This document shows positions 36,691-46,619 of a DNA stretch of 46,619 bases, piece after piece. The translations under genes and the position numbers were made by a program. Below the pieces are notes generated by a model that worked only from the letters and a program-made list of their open reading frames with translations, searched no databases and was not told the origin of the DNA. The stretch's first letter is position 1. The number at the start of each line of letters is the position of its first letter. Source of the stretch: Asterionella formosa (taxonomy: Eukaryota); the NCBI GenBank assembly GCA_002256025.1, contig NKIB01014164.1, positions 1 to 46,619 of the forward strand. Reading direction: 5' to 3'.

Positions 36691-39600
36691 ATGCTCAAGT
36701 CAAGTATTCGAGGCATTATGGGGCCGCCGCCCATCCTGGCGCAACCGGCAACGACATCGCCCCTCAATCCAGCCACTCTCGTCACAGAAGCGCTTCAACA
36801 ATCCCTCTATCTATCCATTCCATCCTCTGCTGCAACTACTGATACTGCTGCCACTAGCAGTAGCAGTACCATTACTCGCATGAAACACTTGTGCATTCAC
36901 CCCTCCCTCCCACATGTTGTTTACGAACTTGACCCTCAACAATCACCACATCAGGCAGAACCAAACAAACCATTATCGCCCCAACGACAATTGATTGTTC
37001 AAAATTACATGACACGTCAAGTACTGTTCAAACTAAGTTTAGGTGATTTGGCAGGGATGATGTTTTATTTTGATTTGACTGCACCAAATGGGATCGCCAA
37101 ACAAAGCGCGGCTCTCCGATCCTTGGGGAGTGTCCAACGGATTGCCTTTTTTGATTCGGCGACACTGCATGCCACATCCATGGTGTATCAGTACGGAACC
37201 AATGGGGCAACACGGTGGCAATATTTGTTAGTGCAACTGACTTCTCGTGTGGTGGTACTGAACATGCGACAGGGTCCCTTGTCCCAATGTCTTGACTTGG
37301 AACAACGATTACGTGTGCCGACTGTGGCACGATTCCCACCCTTTCGTCCATTTGTACTGTCCATGAGTGAACAATCACTAAAAAGTATGCCCACATCCAA
37401 TGCCTTACCCCTGACACCATCCTTATTATTGATTGGATGTGCAGATGGGAATTTACGTGTCTATGATTGGGTGGAGGAACGAGTGGTCCGATTGCCAGCA
37501 CAAAAACCATCCAGTAAGGAAGCTATCATTCAATTGGTGGCGGTGAATGCGTATAATACGGATATTGGGAACACATTAGACCAACACAACAACAGCAACA
37601 GCGACGATGCCGACCACGATAAACAAATTAAACGAATCTTGTCCGTGGGCAAAAAGGGTTCCAGTTACATTTGGGAAATTGTCTTTAGTGAAGAAACGTT
37701 GATTGATATTCGACTTCCACTGGCCAAATTGGAAGGGCAGTTTACAGTCATTTTAACCAAGGATGGGAAGGAACCATCTGCTGAAAAAACTGTAGTGGAC
37801 AATAATAATGCAGTATTTGATCACAAATTGATCGATTTTGATGCACACCGAGAATTGCTATTTTGGTTGATCCCCACGGGGTACAAATTATCCACAAAAC
37901 CTCATGTGTTGGTATGGGACCTGAAACTTACAGCAAACTTGAAACGTAAGGGAAAGAATGTTATCCCCAAGCAAGATCCATGGATCTTGAGCTTCCCCAC
38001 CATTGAACAACCAGTGACATTCTTGATGGGCTGGATGCACCCCGCTTTTCCAGAAACGGCAATCACATGTGCACTTGTGACACAAGGTGGTGAAGTACAT
38101 GTCCAGTGTGCGTCGATGGAAGAATTCAATACAAGTAAGGTTGTCAAGGCGGTTCCCTTGTTTTCGACTTTGTTGCCATCCTTGATTGCGAATGATGCAG
38201 GGACAATCGGACCACCCATTGTCAAGGTATTCTCAGTCCATACTGCTCGCCGATTAGATACAACATCACTTTTAGTGGGAAGTAACCTGGGACTCATTCA
38301 TATGAGACTTCATGAAAGTGGGTTTGGACCAAAGCATGCCCACTTTGGAGCAGGATTGGGAAGTGAATGGGGCAAGTCCTGCTTAGTTGTGGACCATTCT
38401 GCCATCCTTTGGGCCCCCTTGGATTTGACCAACACAAATCCTTTAGGAAAGGTGGGACTCCGGAAAGCCATGCAAGTCTACCAATCTCCTCCAGCTCCTC
38501 ATTTACCACCAGAGATTCAAAAGAGGGCCATACGGCTACCTCCTCGGTTCTTTCCAAGTCCATCTGGCAACTTCCTTTGTTTGTACTGGCCAGATGAGAT
38601 GCGCTATGAAATTCTTCATTTGGCCAGTATTTTGCGAAAGAATGAAGGCGTCTATACTGTAGCAGTGGCAACTGGCAATGATATTCTCAGTTTTGCGTGG
38701 GTCGGAGATGATGATGTATTTGCCCTGTTGCATCCACCTGCAGAACGAAAAGGCGACTCCAGCAACACTGTAATTACAGAAGGAACAAACTTATCGGGTG
38801 GTTCTAGTGTGGGTTCGGCTGGGATAAAGGCATTTCGAAAACCTTTTCTTCGCAAGACAGGTGGTGGTATGGACAAAACGGTGGCCTCTGCTCCACCTTT
38901 ACGGGCGGAGATCAACAACGATAGTTCACGCTTTATGCCTACTGTTGAGCTGAAGCATTTAATTGCATCTGTTTTAGATTCGACTCAATATGGTGGTTCC
39001 ATTGCAGCTGCGACTGCACTTGGTTTAGGGGAAATTACACTAAGGGGTGGAAACCGAAATCCGCCGACACTACTGTTTGGTGGTCCTGTTCTTTGTGTTG
39101 CCAGTGAAGGAACCAAAGCAAACGATGGGGGAGCTGCTTATTTTTACACTCGAAAACTGAATACTGAGGATAATAAGGCATCAGGATATGTCTCATCAGG
39201 TCCAACCTTGCCAAATCCTGAGTTCGTTGAATGGGATGATGATGGCCGCTTATGTGCTGTGGTAGTTCATGGACTGGTAGCGGTTTATCTGTCAAAAGAG
39301 CCAGAGTTTACTCTCTTAGGCAACGTTCCGCTTGGAACGCCCACCGAACGTGAGATCACTGTGACTGGAGTCAAGTTTGTTCATGGCGTGTTGTATTGCA
39401 CCACCAAAACTTCTGTTCAATGCGTGTTTATGGGAAATGTCGAAGAAGGAATCTGCCAATTGGACAGCTTTATGCTTGCATCTGCAGATGCTCCATCACT
39501 ATTACATCAGTCGTTCTCATTGACTCCACGCACACTCCCCATGACATTGAATCACCCTGTTGTCCTTGGATATCAATCTGGTAGTCTATTGGTCTCAACA

Positions 39601-40236
39601 GTAAATGGCATTTTTGGAATTCCTTTGGATCATCCATTGCTTCGTATTGGCTCCCTCATGGCTGCAGGTATGCATGCCAAGGCACAGCAATGGTTCGAAG
39701 CTATTCCCGAATCAAGTCATGAATCATTGGCAGCATTTCTGGATCGACGGGGTGCTCCTGACTTGGCTGTGACATTGCCAGGACTCTCCATTGAGAGTGC
39801 TGTTGATTTATCATTACGTAATGGATTGACAGGACATCTAGTAGAGCTTGTGCAGAAGTATGGTGTTGATGCACTTCAGAAAGTTGACTTTGGAAGGGGG
39901 ACAACATTTGGTATTCTTGGGCCTGAGGTTCACCATCATTCATTGACTGTTTGTGTGGGTGCCTATTTATTAAGTGCTGGGAAGGCAAATTTAGTCAAGA
40001 TAATGGCAGCTGACTGTTTGAAGTATGGTGATGAAGGTTCCAAGCAAGCTTTCATACTTGCAAGTCTTCTCATGGCTGTTGATGCAGAGGGCGCCAAGCC
40101 AATTGTCCATGGAGCTGTTGGGGAGAAACGGGAAGATCAAGACCCAATGGAGGGTCTAGAACAAGATGTGCCAATCGACACTGTCCTTACTTGTGAGTAT
40201 CCTGTGACAGCTATGGTTCGAGATTACATCTTGTAA
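36691..40236 (+). CDS. WD40/alpha-solenoid protocoatomer protein resembling TSET/TPLATE-complex TTRAY2 (plant TWD40-2)
   Basis: Colinear motifs SPSGNFLCLYWPD, FAW..DDDVFALL, LPNPEFVEWD, LYCTT.TSVQCVF and LDHPLLR...W......HESLAAFL..RG....A..LPGLS, which I recall from TWD40-2. Confidence 0.7.
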   Translation: MLKSSIRGIMGPPPILAQPATTSPLNPATLVTEALQQSLYLSIPSSAATTDTAATSSSSTITRMKHLCIHPSLPHVVYELDPQQSPHQAEPNKPLSPQRQLIVQNYMTRQVLFKLSLGDLAGMMFYFDLTAPNGIAKQSAALRSLGSVQRIAFFDSATLHATSMVYQYGTNGATRWQYLLVQLTSRVVVLNMRQGPLSQCLDLEQRLRVPTVARFPPFRPFVLSMSEQSLKSMPTSNALPLTPSLLLIGCADGNLRVYDWVEERVVRLPAQKPSSKEAIIQLVAVNAYNTDIGNTLDQHNNSNSDDADHDKQIKRILSVGKKGSSYIWEIVFSEETLIDIRLPLAKLEGQFTVILTKDGKEPSAEKTVVDNNNAVFDHKLIDFDAHRELLFWLIPTGYKLSTKPHVLVWDLKLTANLKRKGKNVIPKQDPWILSFPTIEQPVTFLMGWMHPAFPETAITCALVTQGGEVHVQCASMEEFNTSKVVKAVPLFSTLLPSLIANDAGTIGPPIVKVFSVHTARRLDTTSLLVGSNLGLIHMRLHESGFGPKHAHFGAGLGSEWGKSCLVVDHSAILWAPLDLTNTNPLGKVGLRKAMQVYQSPPAPHLPPEIQKRAIRLPPRFFPSPSGNFLCLYWPDEMRYEILHLASILRKNEGVYTVAVATGNDILSFAWVGDDDVFALLHPPAERKGDSSNTVITEGTNLSGGSSVGSAGIKAFRKPFLRKTGGGMDKTVASAPPLRAEINNDSSRFMPTVELKHLIASVLDSTQYGGSIAAATALGLGEITLRGGNRNPPTLLFGGPVLCVASEGTKANDGGAAYFYTRKLNTEDNKASGYVSSGPTLPNPEFVEWDDDGRLCAVVVHGLVAVYLSKEPEFTLLGNVPLGTPTEREITVTGVKFVHGVLYCTTKTSVQCVFMGNVEEGICQLDSFMLASADAPSLLHQSFSLTPRTLPMTLNHPVVLGYQSGSLLVSTVNGIFGIPLDHPLLRIGSLMAAGMHAKAQQWFEAIPESSHESLAAFLDRRGAPDLAVTLPGLSIESAVDLSLRNGLTGHLVELVQKYGVDALQKVDFGRGTTFGILGPEVHHHSLTVCVGAYLLSAGKANLVKIMAADCLKYGDEGSKQAFILASLLMAVDAEGAKPIVHGAVGEKREDQDPMEGLEQDVPIDTVLTCEYPVTAMVRDYIL

Positions 40237-40968
40237 GCCCATTAAGAAAAGAAGTTTTCGTGAACATACAGGACAAATAATTGTTGTAATGCTCTAGCCA
40301 TAATATGCATGATACATCGAATTAATAATTGCAATTGTTTTGATTGTCATTGAGCTAAAGCAAATACAAATAGATTTTTTTTAAATTTGTTTATGTGGGC
40401 AATGATGATGAGAACTGATAAAGTCGCATGGAAGTTTTGAAAAGATTTTTATATTTTAAATTTCAGCAGGGAATCGACTCGAAGTTACTTCGACGACTCA
40501 ATTACCATTACATCATAATTTATGTATATAGACTGTATTCTAATTCTTTTTTGTCATTAAAGGAATACCGGTAACAAACATGCCGGTACCCTGGTAAGCA
40601 CAAACCAAAGAATCAGGCGCGCCAGAAAAATATTGCTCTTGGTATGATGACCTATCCGTGCCCTCCTTGTTCTCGCACTGGTTTGTACTTGTGTACCAGG
40701 TACCTGGCACCAATCTTGTATGTAGACGACATTTCCATGTATGTATGCACGCATATGTACAAAGCAGAAAGAACCCCAACAAGGTTTCGACATGGTGGTG
40801 GGGATAATTATTGTTCAATCGATAATACTTAAGAAAATAGAATTGCTAAATGTTTTCATAGGTTTTTCTGTGATTTGCATCGCTTTTTGTCATAGACTAT
40901 ATTCTTCCACACAGCAATTTAAGTTGCTGTCTTTGAACGTCTTCCCATCGCAGCTTTCCATTACACCC

Positions 40969-42178
40969 ATGGTGCGCCCTAATCTTCGCAGCAACAACAA
41001 CAATGATGAAGTGAAAGTAATGCAGGGTCAAACGGACGAGGAACGCCGTCATCTTCGCGAAGGCTACCGCGCCCTTTCTAAGAAAATTGCCAGCAAGGGC
41101 GAAGAAATGGAAGACTTGCGGAATGACATCTTTGATCAAGTACGAGAAGAGAACAACGGGCTATTCAAAGAGGTCAGATTTACGAGAGAAGCCGTCTTGG
41201 ATGGGGACAATCTGGAAGCTATTAGCAGTCGGGCGGCACGTCAAGTGGATCGACTAGTGCAGGTAAGCACCAAAGCTGATCCGTAATTTATAGTAGAGAC
41301 CTTGTCAGAATCAGTCTAGGTTTGAGCAATGAGACATTTTGCCTTGCATGCATTCTAATGACACACATCTACACCCACTCCTAACACTATGGTACATCTA
41401 TACCCATTTGTATCCTTCGTAGGTCCCTCGGTATGATCCCATCAACTTCACAGAAAAGCTCCGCACCAAATGCTGCAAACCCAATGGCCAATTTGATTGG
41501 CTTGCCCTCGGAATTCAAGCAGGTTCCTGTTTTAACAAAACCATGGCACAAGTTGCCTTTTTGGGTGGACCACTTGAAGCAGACTATACTCCCAAGGAGC
41601 GCAAAAAGTCGACTCGCCGCACCACACAGGACGAGGAAGTCGAGGCGGAAGAGGAACAACCAGAAGACGTCAAGGAACAAGCCAAGAATGGGGATCAATT
41701 GTCGGCGGTGGAACGTAATATTTTGGTTCTTCGTAGAGTATTGCGCAAAAAATGTCATGAAACACAAAAGCGGCAATTGGAAGAACTGAATGCCATGCCA
41801 GAGGAGGAACAAGAGCCAGCTCGTAAGCGGCTTAATGATACTCAAGGCGAGATTGATATTGTACAATACCTGTTCGACCCAAAGTCCTTTACTCAAACCA
41901 TTGAAAATATTTTTCATTTTTCCTTCATGGTGAAAGATGGTGAAGCCCGCATGACTACTCGGAAAGACGGAGATGAACCAGGTGTCAAGGTCAAGGTGAT
42001 AGCCGGAGGAGGAGCAAATGGGGATGAACCAAAGGGACCCACGAAACAAACGATCACGTCGTTGAATATGCGTGATTGGAAGCGATTATGTCAGGCGTAT
42101 AATGTTACAAAGGGAGACATTCCTCATCGAACTGGATCCAAACATATGAAACAAGAAGCGTCGCAAGTCTTTGAGTAA
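40969..42178 (+). CDS. NSE4: SMC5/6 kleisin NSE4; exons 40969-41262 and 41423-42178
   Basis: ERRHLREGYR, LFKEVR.TREAVLD and FDPKSFTQTIENIFHFSFMVKDG motifs; phase-0 GTAAG...TAG intron. Confidence 0.92.
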
Positions 42179-42519
42179 ATACGTGTGACCAAACATTAGT
42201 GATCCGTAATTGTCGGATGGGTCGAGCAGTAACACTTTGTGTAGTAATGTTACTACATTTCTTAACAAGAGGAAAAATACGAATAGGTCTATAGTTTTGT
42301 TGTCTGGATGTTCCAACATTGTCGCTAATAAAATGAGGTAGCGTTCACTTTTCCACTTTGAGAAATGGAATGAAAGATATTTGTATGCAAAGCTGAATTG
42401 TGTACCATTTTACAATCCAATGCAGTAATTGTAGCATCCCCATATATTTGTGAGGTCGTCGAGTCCACAAAAAGTTGCATCTACCCAAAACGTAATGCAC
42501 CATTGAGACAAACATTGCT

Positions 42520-43452
42520 TCATAAACTCTCCTGTACATAATTCCATTCAATAATTCTGCATTCACCATTATAAAATTCATCTCCAGTCCATTCTTTCAA
42601 TATTGCCCAATGTGTCACAAGTACTATAGTATGTTCTGGTCGATCTGCCAGCCATTTTTGAAATCGTTTCACACGTTGCTGAAAAACAGATTCAGGTTCT
42701 CCAGGAACGGCATAATATTGACCTTGTCCAAATGGTCTCCATTCTTCATATTGTTCATTATTAGCTACTAATGAATCACCTGTATACCACCATTGGTCTT
42801 GTTGCGGTGATAGTAGTCCAAAGTCAATATTTGGAAATTCCTCTTGTAGGACACGAACTGGTCTACCTGTATCACTCGATGTATAGACTCGTTCGGTCAT
42901 GTCTGGATGAGCTAATATAATAGGAGTAGCAGTAGCAGTAGCAGTACAAGTTTTGGAAAGGAATGGTCGTATACCCAATTCCATGGTTTGTATAGCTCTT
43001 GTCAATGGCGATACGACAACCAATTCCACATTTTGCAATATACATGATGATGATGGTTGTCCTTGGTCTTGTAACAGTTGGCTCATCATACTATTCGCTT
43101 GTTGTTCCCCACGATGAGATAATCGTGCATCTTGCATTGTCCCATCATCATGAAATGTTGCATCACCCCATTGATTCCCAGGACGATTCATATATTCATT
43201 CGCAACAGACGTTCCATGTCGGACCAATATTAGGCGTTTTGTACTTGTTCTTGTTGTTGTTGCAATTGTAGTTGTTAATTCCTTGTTTTTGTTGTGAATG
43301 TCCATTGACATACTAGTATTAGTTGTCCCCAAGGAGCGGCGTCCCAAGCAAGGAATGAAGGATCCAAAGAAATAGGCGGCGGAAGAGGAACCAAGGAGAA
43401 ATGGGAAAAGCAAGACACCAATTACCAGATTCAAATGAGGACGAGGAGGCAT
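42520..43452 (-). CDS. Histidine phosphatase (phosphoglycerate mutase family) with signal peptide and transit-like leader
   Basis: LVRHG, VVSPLTRAIQT, ES...RV and LVTH motifs; hydrophobic leader ending SSSAA-YFF. Confidence 0.85.
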   Translation of the reverse strand: MPPRPHLNLVIGVLLFPFLLGSSSAAYFFGSFIPCLGRRSLGTTNTSMSMDIHNKNKELTTTIATTTRTSTKRLILVRHGTSVANEYMNRPGNQWGDATFHDDGTMQDARLSHRGEQQANSMMSQLLQDQGQPSSSCILQNVELVVVSPLTRAIQTMELGIRPFLSKTCTATATATPIILAHPDMTERVYTSSDTGRPVRVLQEEFPNIDFGLLSPQQDQWWYTGDSLVANNEQYEEWRPFGQGQYYAVPGEPESVFQQRVKRFQKWLADRPEHTIVLVTHWAILKEWTGDEFYNGECRIIEWNYVQESL

Positions 43453-43943
43453 AGTAGGATCACACGAATCTAGTGTGTGTAATGTGTATGATGTAATAGA
43501 CCATCAGGAGGACTGTTGCATTGTCAATATGTGAGGGTGACTGTGCGTGGATGCAACAAGGAGTACCAGGATCTAGGGTACTGATCACTGATTATCACCT
43601 GAGGAGGCAAAAGGAGGAGGATGGTTCATCAGCTTTGCTTGTATTATCCGTCACTGCCTGCTGCCGCGATACTTGTTGAATATACATAGGTATACCGGTA
43701 CAAATGTTGTATATAAATAAAGAATTATGAGTATGCCGGTATGCAGTTCTGGTAGTAGGTGCTGGTAATAAAATTATTAACTTAAAATCGGGTAGTCTAC
43801 CATTCTGTTTATATCAATAGATGCATTCCCCTTGATTGCAATTACTGAACTTTGGATAGTTCAATAGCCATAGTAGCAGTAGCTGTGCTTGCTAGAACAA
43901 ACTGTATACGTAGCCAAAATGATTTGCAATGTAAATTGTATTG

Positions 43944-45113
43944 CTATTGCCCCATTCCATGACTCTCGACCCAACTAATGTTGTGCGTCAGTTGAGCACT
44001 CTCACATTCTAACCTCCACTCAATGGGAGCCCAAGCTGCTCCCATATCATTTGAATTATGTCGATAGGGAATCGAACTCCAAACCATATGTTGTTGTTGT
44101 TCCAGAAGCATGATGGCAATGGCATGGACATTGGCATCTCCAACTCTATATTTGAAAAAGGCATGTTGTTCATTCAATTCATTCCAAATTTTCATCCACT
44201 CTGGTGAACTCCAAAATGCAACAGAAGCAATGTGAAAATTGTTGTATGGCTGTAACCCTATGTAGTCGCCTTGAGCGGTAAGAAAGGGAGTATCCTCTGT
44301 TATTGTAATGTGTGGTTTGGAAATCTCCCATAGTTTATGTACTCCCCAATGATCACTTGCACCACGTTTATAAAGATAATTCAATTGATTATTTTCCATC
44401 TTTTGAAATGGATCTTCTGGAATTTTGTCAATGAATAGCGAGTCATCATCCAATCGCATATAATATTTGTACTTCTTGATAAAGTCCATTTGTTGCAGTC
44501 GTCCACTCCAAAGTCGACACATGCTGGTATATCCAAGATCTCTTCCTTTCACACTCCCTTGATATCCTTCTCTCCATTTCAAAATCACATCTGCAGTAGT
44601 ATTTGGTTCCAAGGCATCCTCTGAATACATATTAATTTCTTGAAACACAATGGTTGAATGGTGTACCCATGATCGTATCAAAGCTTGGTCCCATTCGGTA
44701 TACGGGCCATCTCTTTGTTTGGGATCCAAATTCCAATCCTTGGCAACGAGAATGTAAATTGGATACGGACCATAGTGGGCATTCAATTGTTGATCAATGG
44801 AACGAATGACTCTCATTAGCAAACAAAATCGTGTTATATCGTTCCACCAAGTATCCATGGTCCGTTGAGGAGCTAAAATAACAATACATGCAAGACTTTC
44901 TATACTCCTTGTGCTGTTGTTGCTGCTGCTGTCGCTACTGCTACTACTGCTATCGCTACTGCTGTCATTCACAAATAGCAATGACACCGAGAAAATGGAC
45001 CAAAGGAAGGCAAGTACGAATGCGAAATGAATTGGATTGATTGATATTGCTGTTGGGGCACCTTTCAACGATAATGATGTTCGTCCCATGAATCGTTGCT
45101 GTGAAGTACTCAT
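43944..45113 (-). CDS. GT15 (Kre2/Ktr-like) alpha-1,2-mannosyltransferase
   Basis: N-terminal TM and Ser-rich stem; GYTSMCRLWSG, YYMRLDDDS, YNNFHI and YRVGDA motifs. Confidence 0.85.
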   Translation of the reverse strand: MSTSQQRFMGRTSLSLKGAPTAISINPIHFAFVLAFLWSIFSVSLLFVNDSSSDSSSSSSDSSSNNSTRSIESLACIVILAPQRTMDTWWNDITRFCLLMRVIRSIDQQLNAHYGPYPIYILVAKDWNLDPKQRDGPYTEWDQALIRSWVHHSTIVFQEINMYSEDALEPNTTADVILKWREGYQGSVKGRDLGYTSMCRLWSGRLQQMDFIKKYKYYMRLDDDSLFIDKIPEDPFQKMENNQLNYLYKRGASDHWGVHKLWEISKPHITITEDTPFLTAQGDYIGLQPYNNFHIASVAFWSSPEWMKIWNELNEQHAFFKYRVGDANVHAIAIMLLEQQQHMVWSSIPYRHNSNDMGAAWAPIEWRLECESAQLTHNISWVESHGMGQ

Positions 45114-45686
45114 TGGCGTTTGTCTAACAATTGGTTGGAATCGAATGGTATGACTTGAAAGGAAAGAATGATGATCAATGAGCATGCGATGGAGTGGTAC
45201 ATACACAAATACGGCACCAGTAAAGAAACACAATAACGACTTGTGATGTTATGTGATTGTGGTAGTACCTGGTACCAGGTACTCCTACCAGGTACCATAT
45301 GCCGATACCGGTAATAGCACATGTACCTGTGTACCGGCAGGAGATTGCTGCGAGCGACCAGAGGAAAGAAATTGTAGTGCGTGTTTATTATTAGCCATAC
45401 TAGACTGCCGGTACCAGTAAAGAACTGCTGTGACCAACTGAGTTCTCCTATTCGTTTGATTAGTTCGACTAAACCTATTCCATGCCTTGCGAGAATCAAA
45501 CTTCCAGGTCTTGTTAACCAAAGGAGTCAGCAGGTTGCGGATCAGTCGGTATTCTCATTGAAGGTCGAGGTACTGAGATACGAACCATTTTATGTGGACA
45601 ATATTTGCTGGTAATGGGTCACAGCAGTACTTAAAATTTTATCTATAATTGTATATAATTTTATATACCATTATGATCACGGATTA

Positions 45687-46619
45687 CCCTGTTTGGTTTT
45701 CGCAAAATTATTTTTAAGAATTTTCGCATCCAATATTTATATCACGATCACACACAAATGCATTGAGCCACATTAAATGCTTGTGCCTATCAACACCACT
45801 GCAATATTGCCCTCATCCCTACTAAGCTCCTGCCCTCCCACAAGCACAACATCAAGAGGCCGAATTGGATATGGAGAATGCTTTTCTCCACGGCAACAAG
45901 TCTCCAAGTATCTTGCCAACAAGTTCTGTCTGGTTATTGGAAGCGGCGCATCGCCATTGCGCTTGTACCATGTCACCATTGTTTTCAGTTCAGCTACGTT
46001 GTAGCTTCCAGCTTCCTTTCCAGTCTCTCTGATGGCCTGTACCTTCTGTGACAATTCAAAAAACCGTTGATTCAATTTCTGCTCCTTGTTTTGTTCCTGG
46101 ATTTCATGCCGGCGTTTGATTTCCAGCATATGCTCAAAAAGCGGTGGTCCTAGACAAGTGTTTCCAACAGCAAAGTGCAGTCCTGCGGTCATTCGTTTGT
46201 GTGTGTCGATTGCTGCTTGTGCTGTTTGTTTTCTTTTCCTGGCATGTTCTGCTGCATCATTACCATTTCGCACATCTTCTCTGTTTATGTATTCAACGAT
46301 TTGATTTGTAAGAGTTCCTGAAAGTCCTTCTCGCAGGTTGAGCTGGTCAGGTGTAATAGAGGTTCTGTTGCTGTGTGAGATTCTATTCAATGGGACAACA
46401 CCAAATTTTGTCAGCTGTATTTCAGGATTCAACAAACAATTATAGTTCAAAGGTCCCCAGCCTCGCTCTGCTACCGCTTTTTTGTTTGTGCGTAATCTCG
46501 CAAAACTTTTTTCCCAAGCATGTGCAACAATTCCAACTACATCTGTCTTCTCAATTGCAAATGGAAGATGGTACAAAGCCTTCTTGGTGAGTAAGTCTCT
46601 CTTTGCTTGTGTGAGGTGC
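45687..46619 (-). mobile_element. 3' part of a pogo-like Tc1/mariner DNA transposon; transposase C-terminus ends at 45773, candidate TIR starts at 45687
   Basis: IVAHAWEKSF...KAVAERGWGPLN resembles the end of the pogo DDE domain; TA|CCCTGTTTGGTTTTCGC lies 86 bp beyond the stop. Confidence 0.6.

Noticed and set aside
41387..42049. 220-aa antisense ORF and the many other small overlapping ORFs in the track
   Set aside because: Shadows of well-supported genes on the opposite strand or in another frame

Overview
Eukaryotic nuclear DNA, most likely a diatom: short GT-AG introns, an IDI-squalene synthase fusion, a diatom-type Copia gag and a bipartite-type targeting presequence. It holds about 12 host genes: a Tweety-like membrane protein, a GPI-type Cys-rich surface protein, MRD1, IDI-SQS, a cupin membrane protein, an Ig-like/ankyrin protein, SYF1, a duplicated 4TM protein, a TSET TTRAY2/TWD40-2-like protein, NSE4, a histidine phosphatase and a GT15 mannosyltransferase. 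There is also a glycosyltransferase with one nonsense codon, a TE graveyard (about 22.1-30 kb) and TEs at both window edges. The strongest unexplained signal is at least 26 exact TACCGGTA copies plus related TA-CC(N)GG-TA chains. They are confined to non-coding, mostly promoter-proximal DNA. An LTR pair shows CCGGTA being gained at TA sites, and a pogo-like element with a TA|CCC terminus is present, which suggests mass Tc1/mariner excision footprints. All family assignments come from recognising motifs by eye; no database searches were run.
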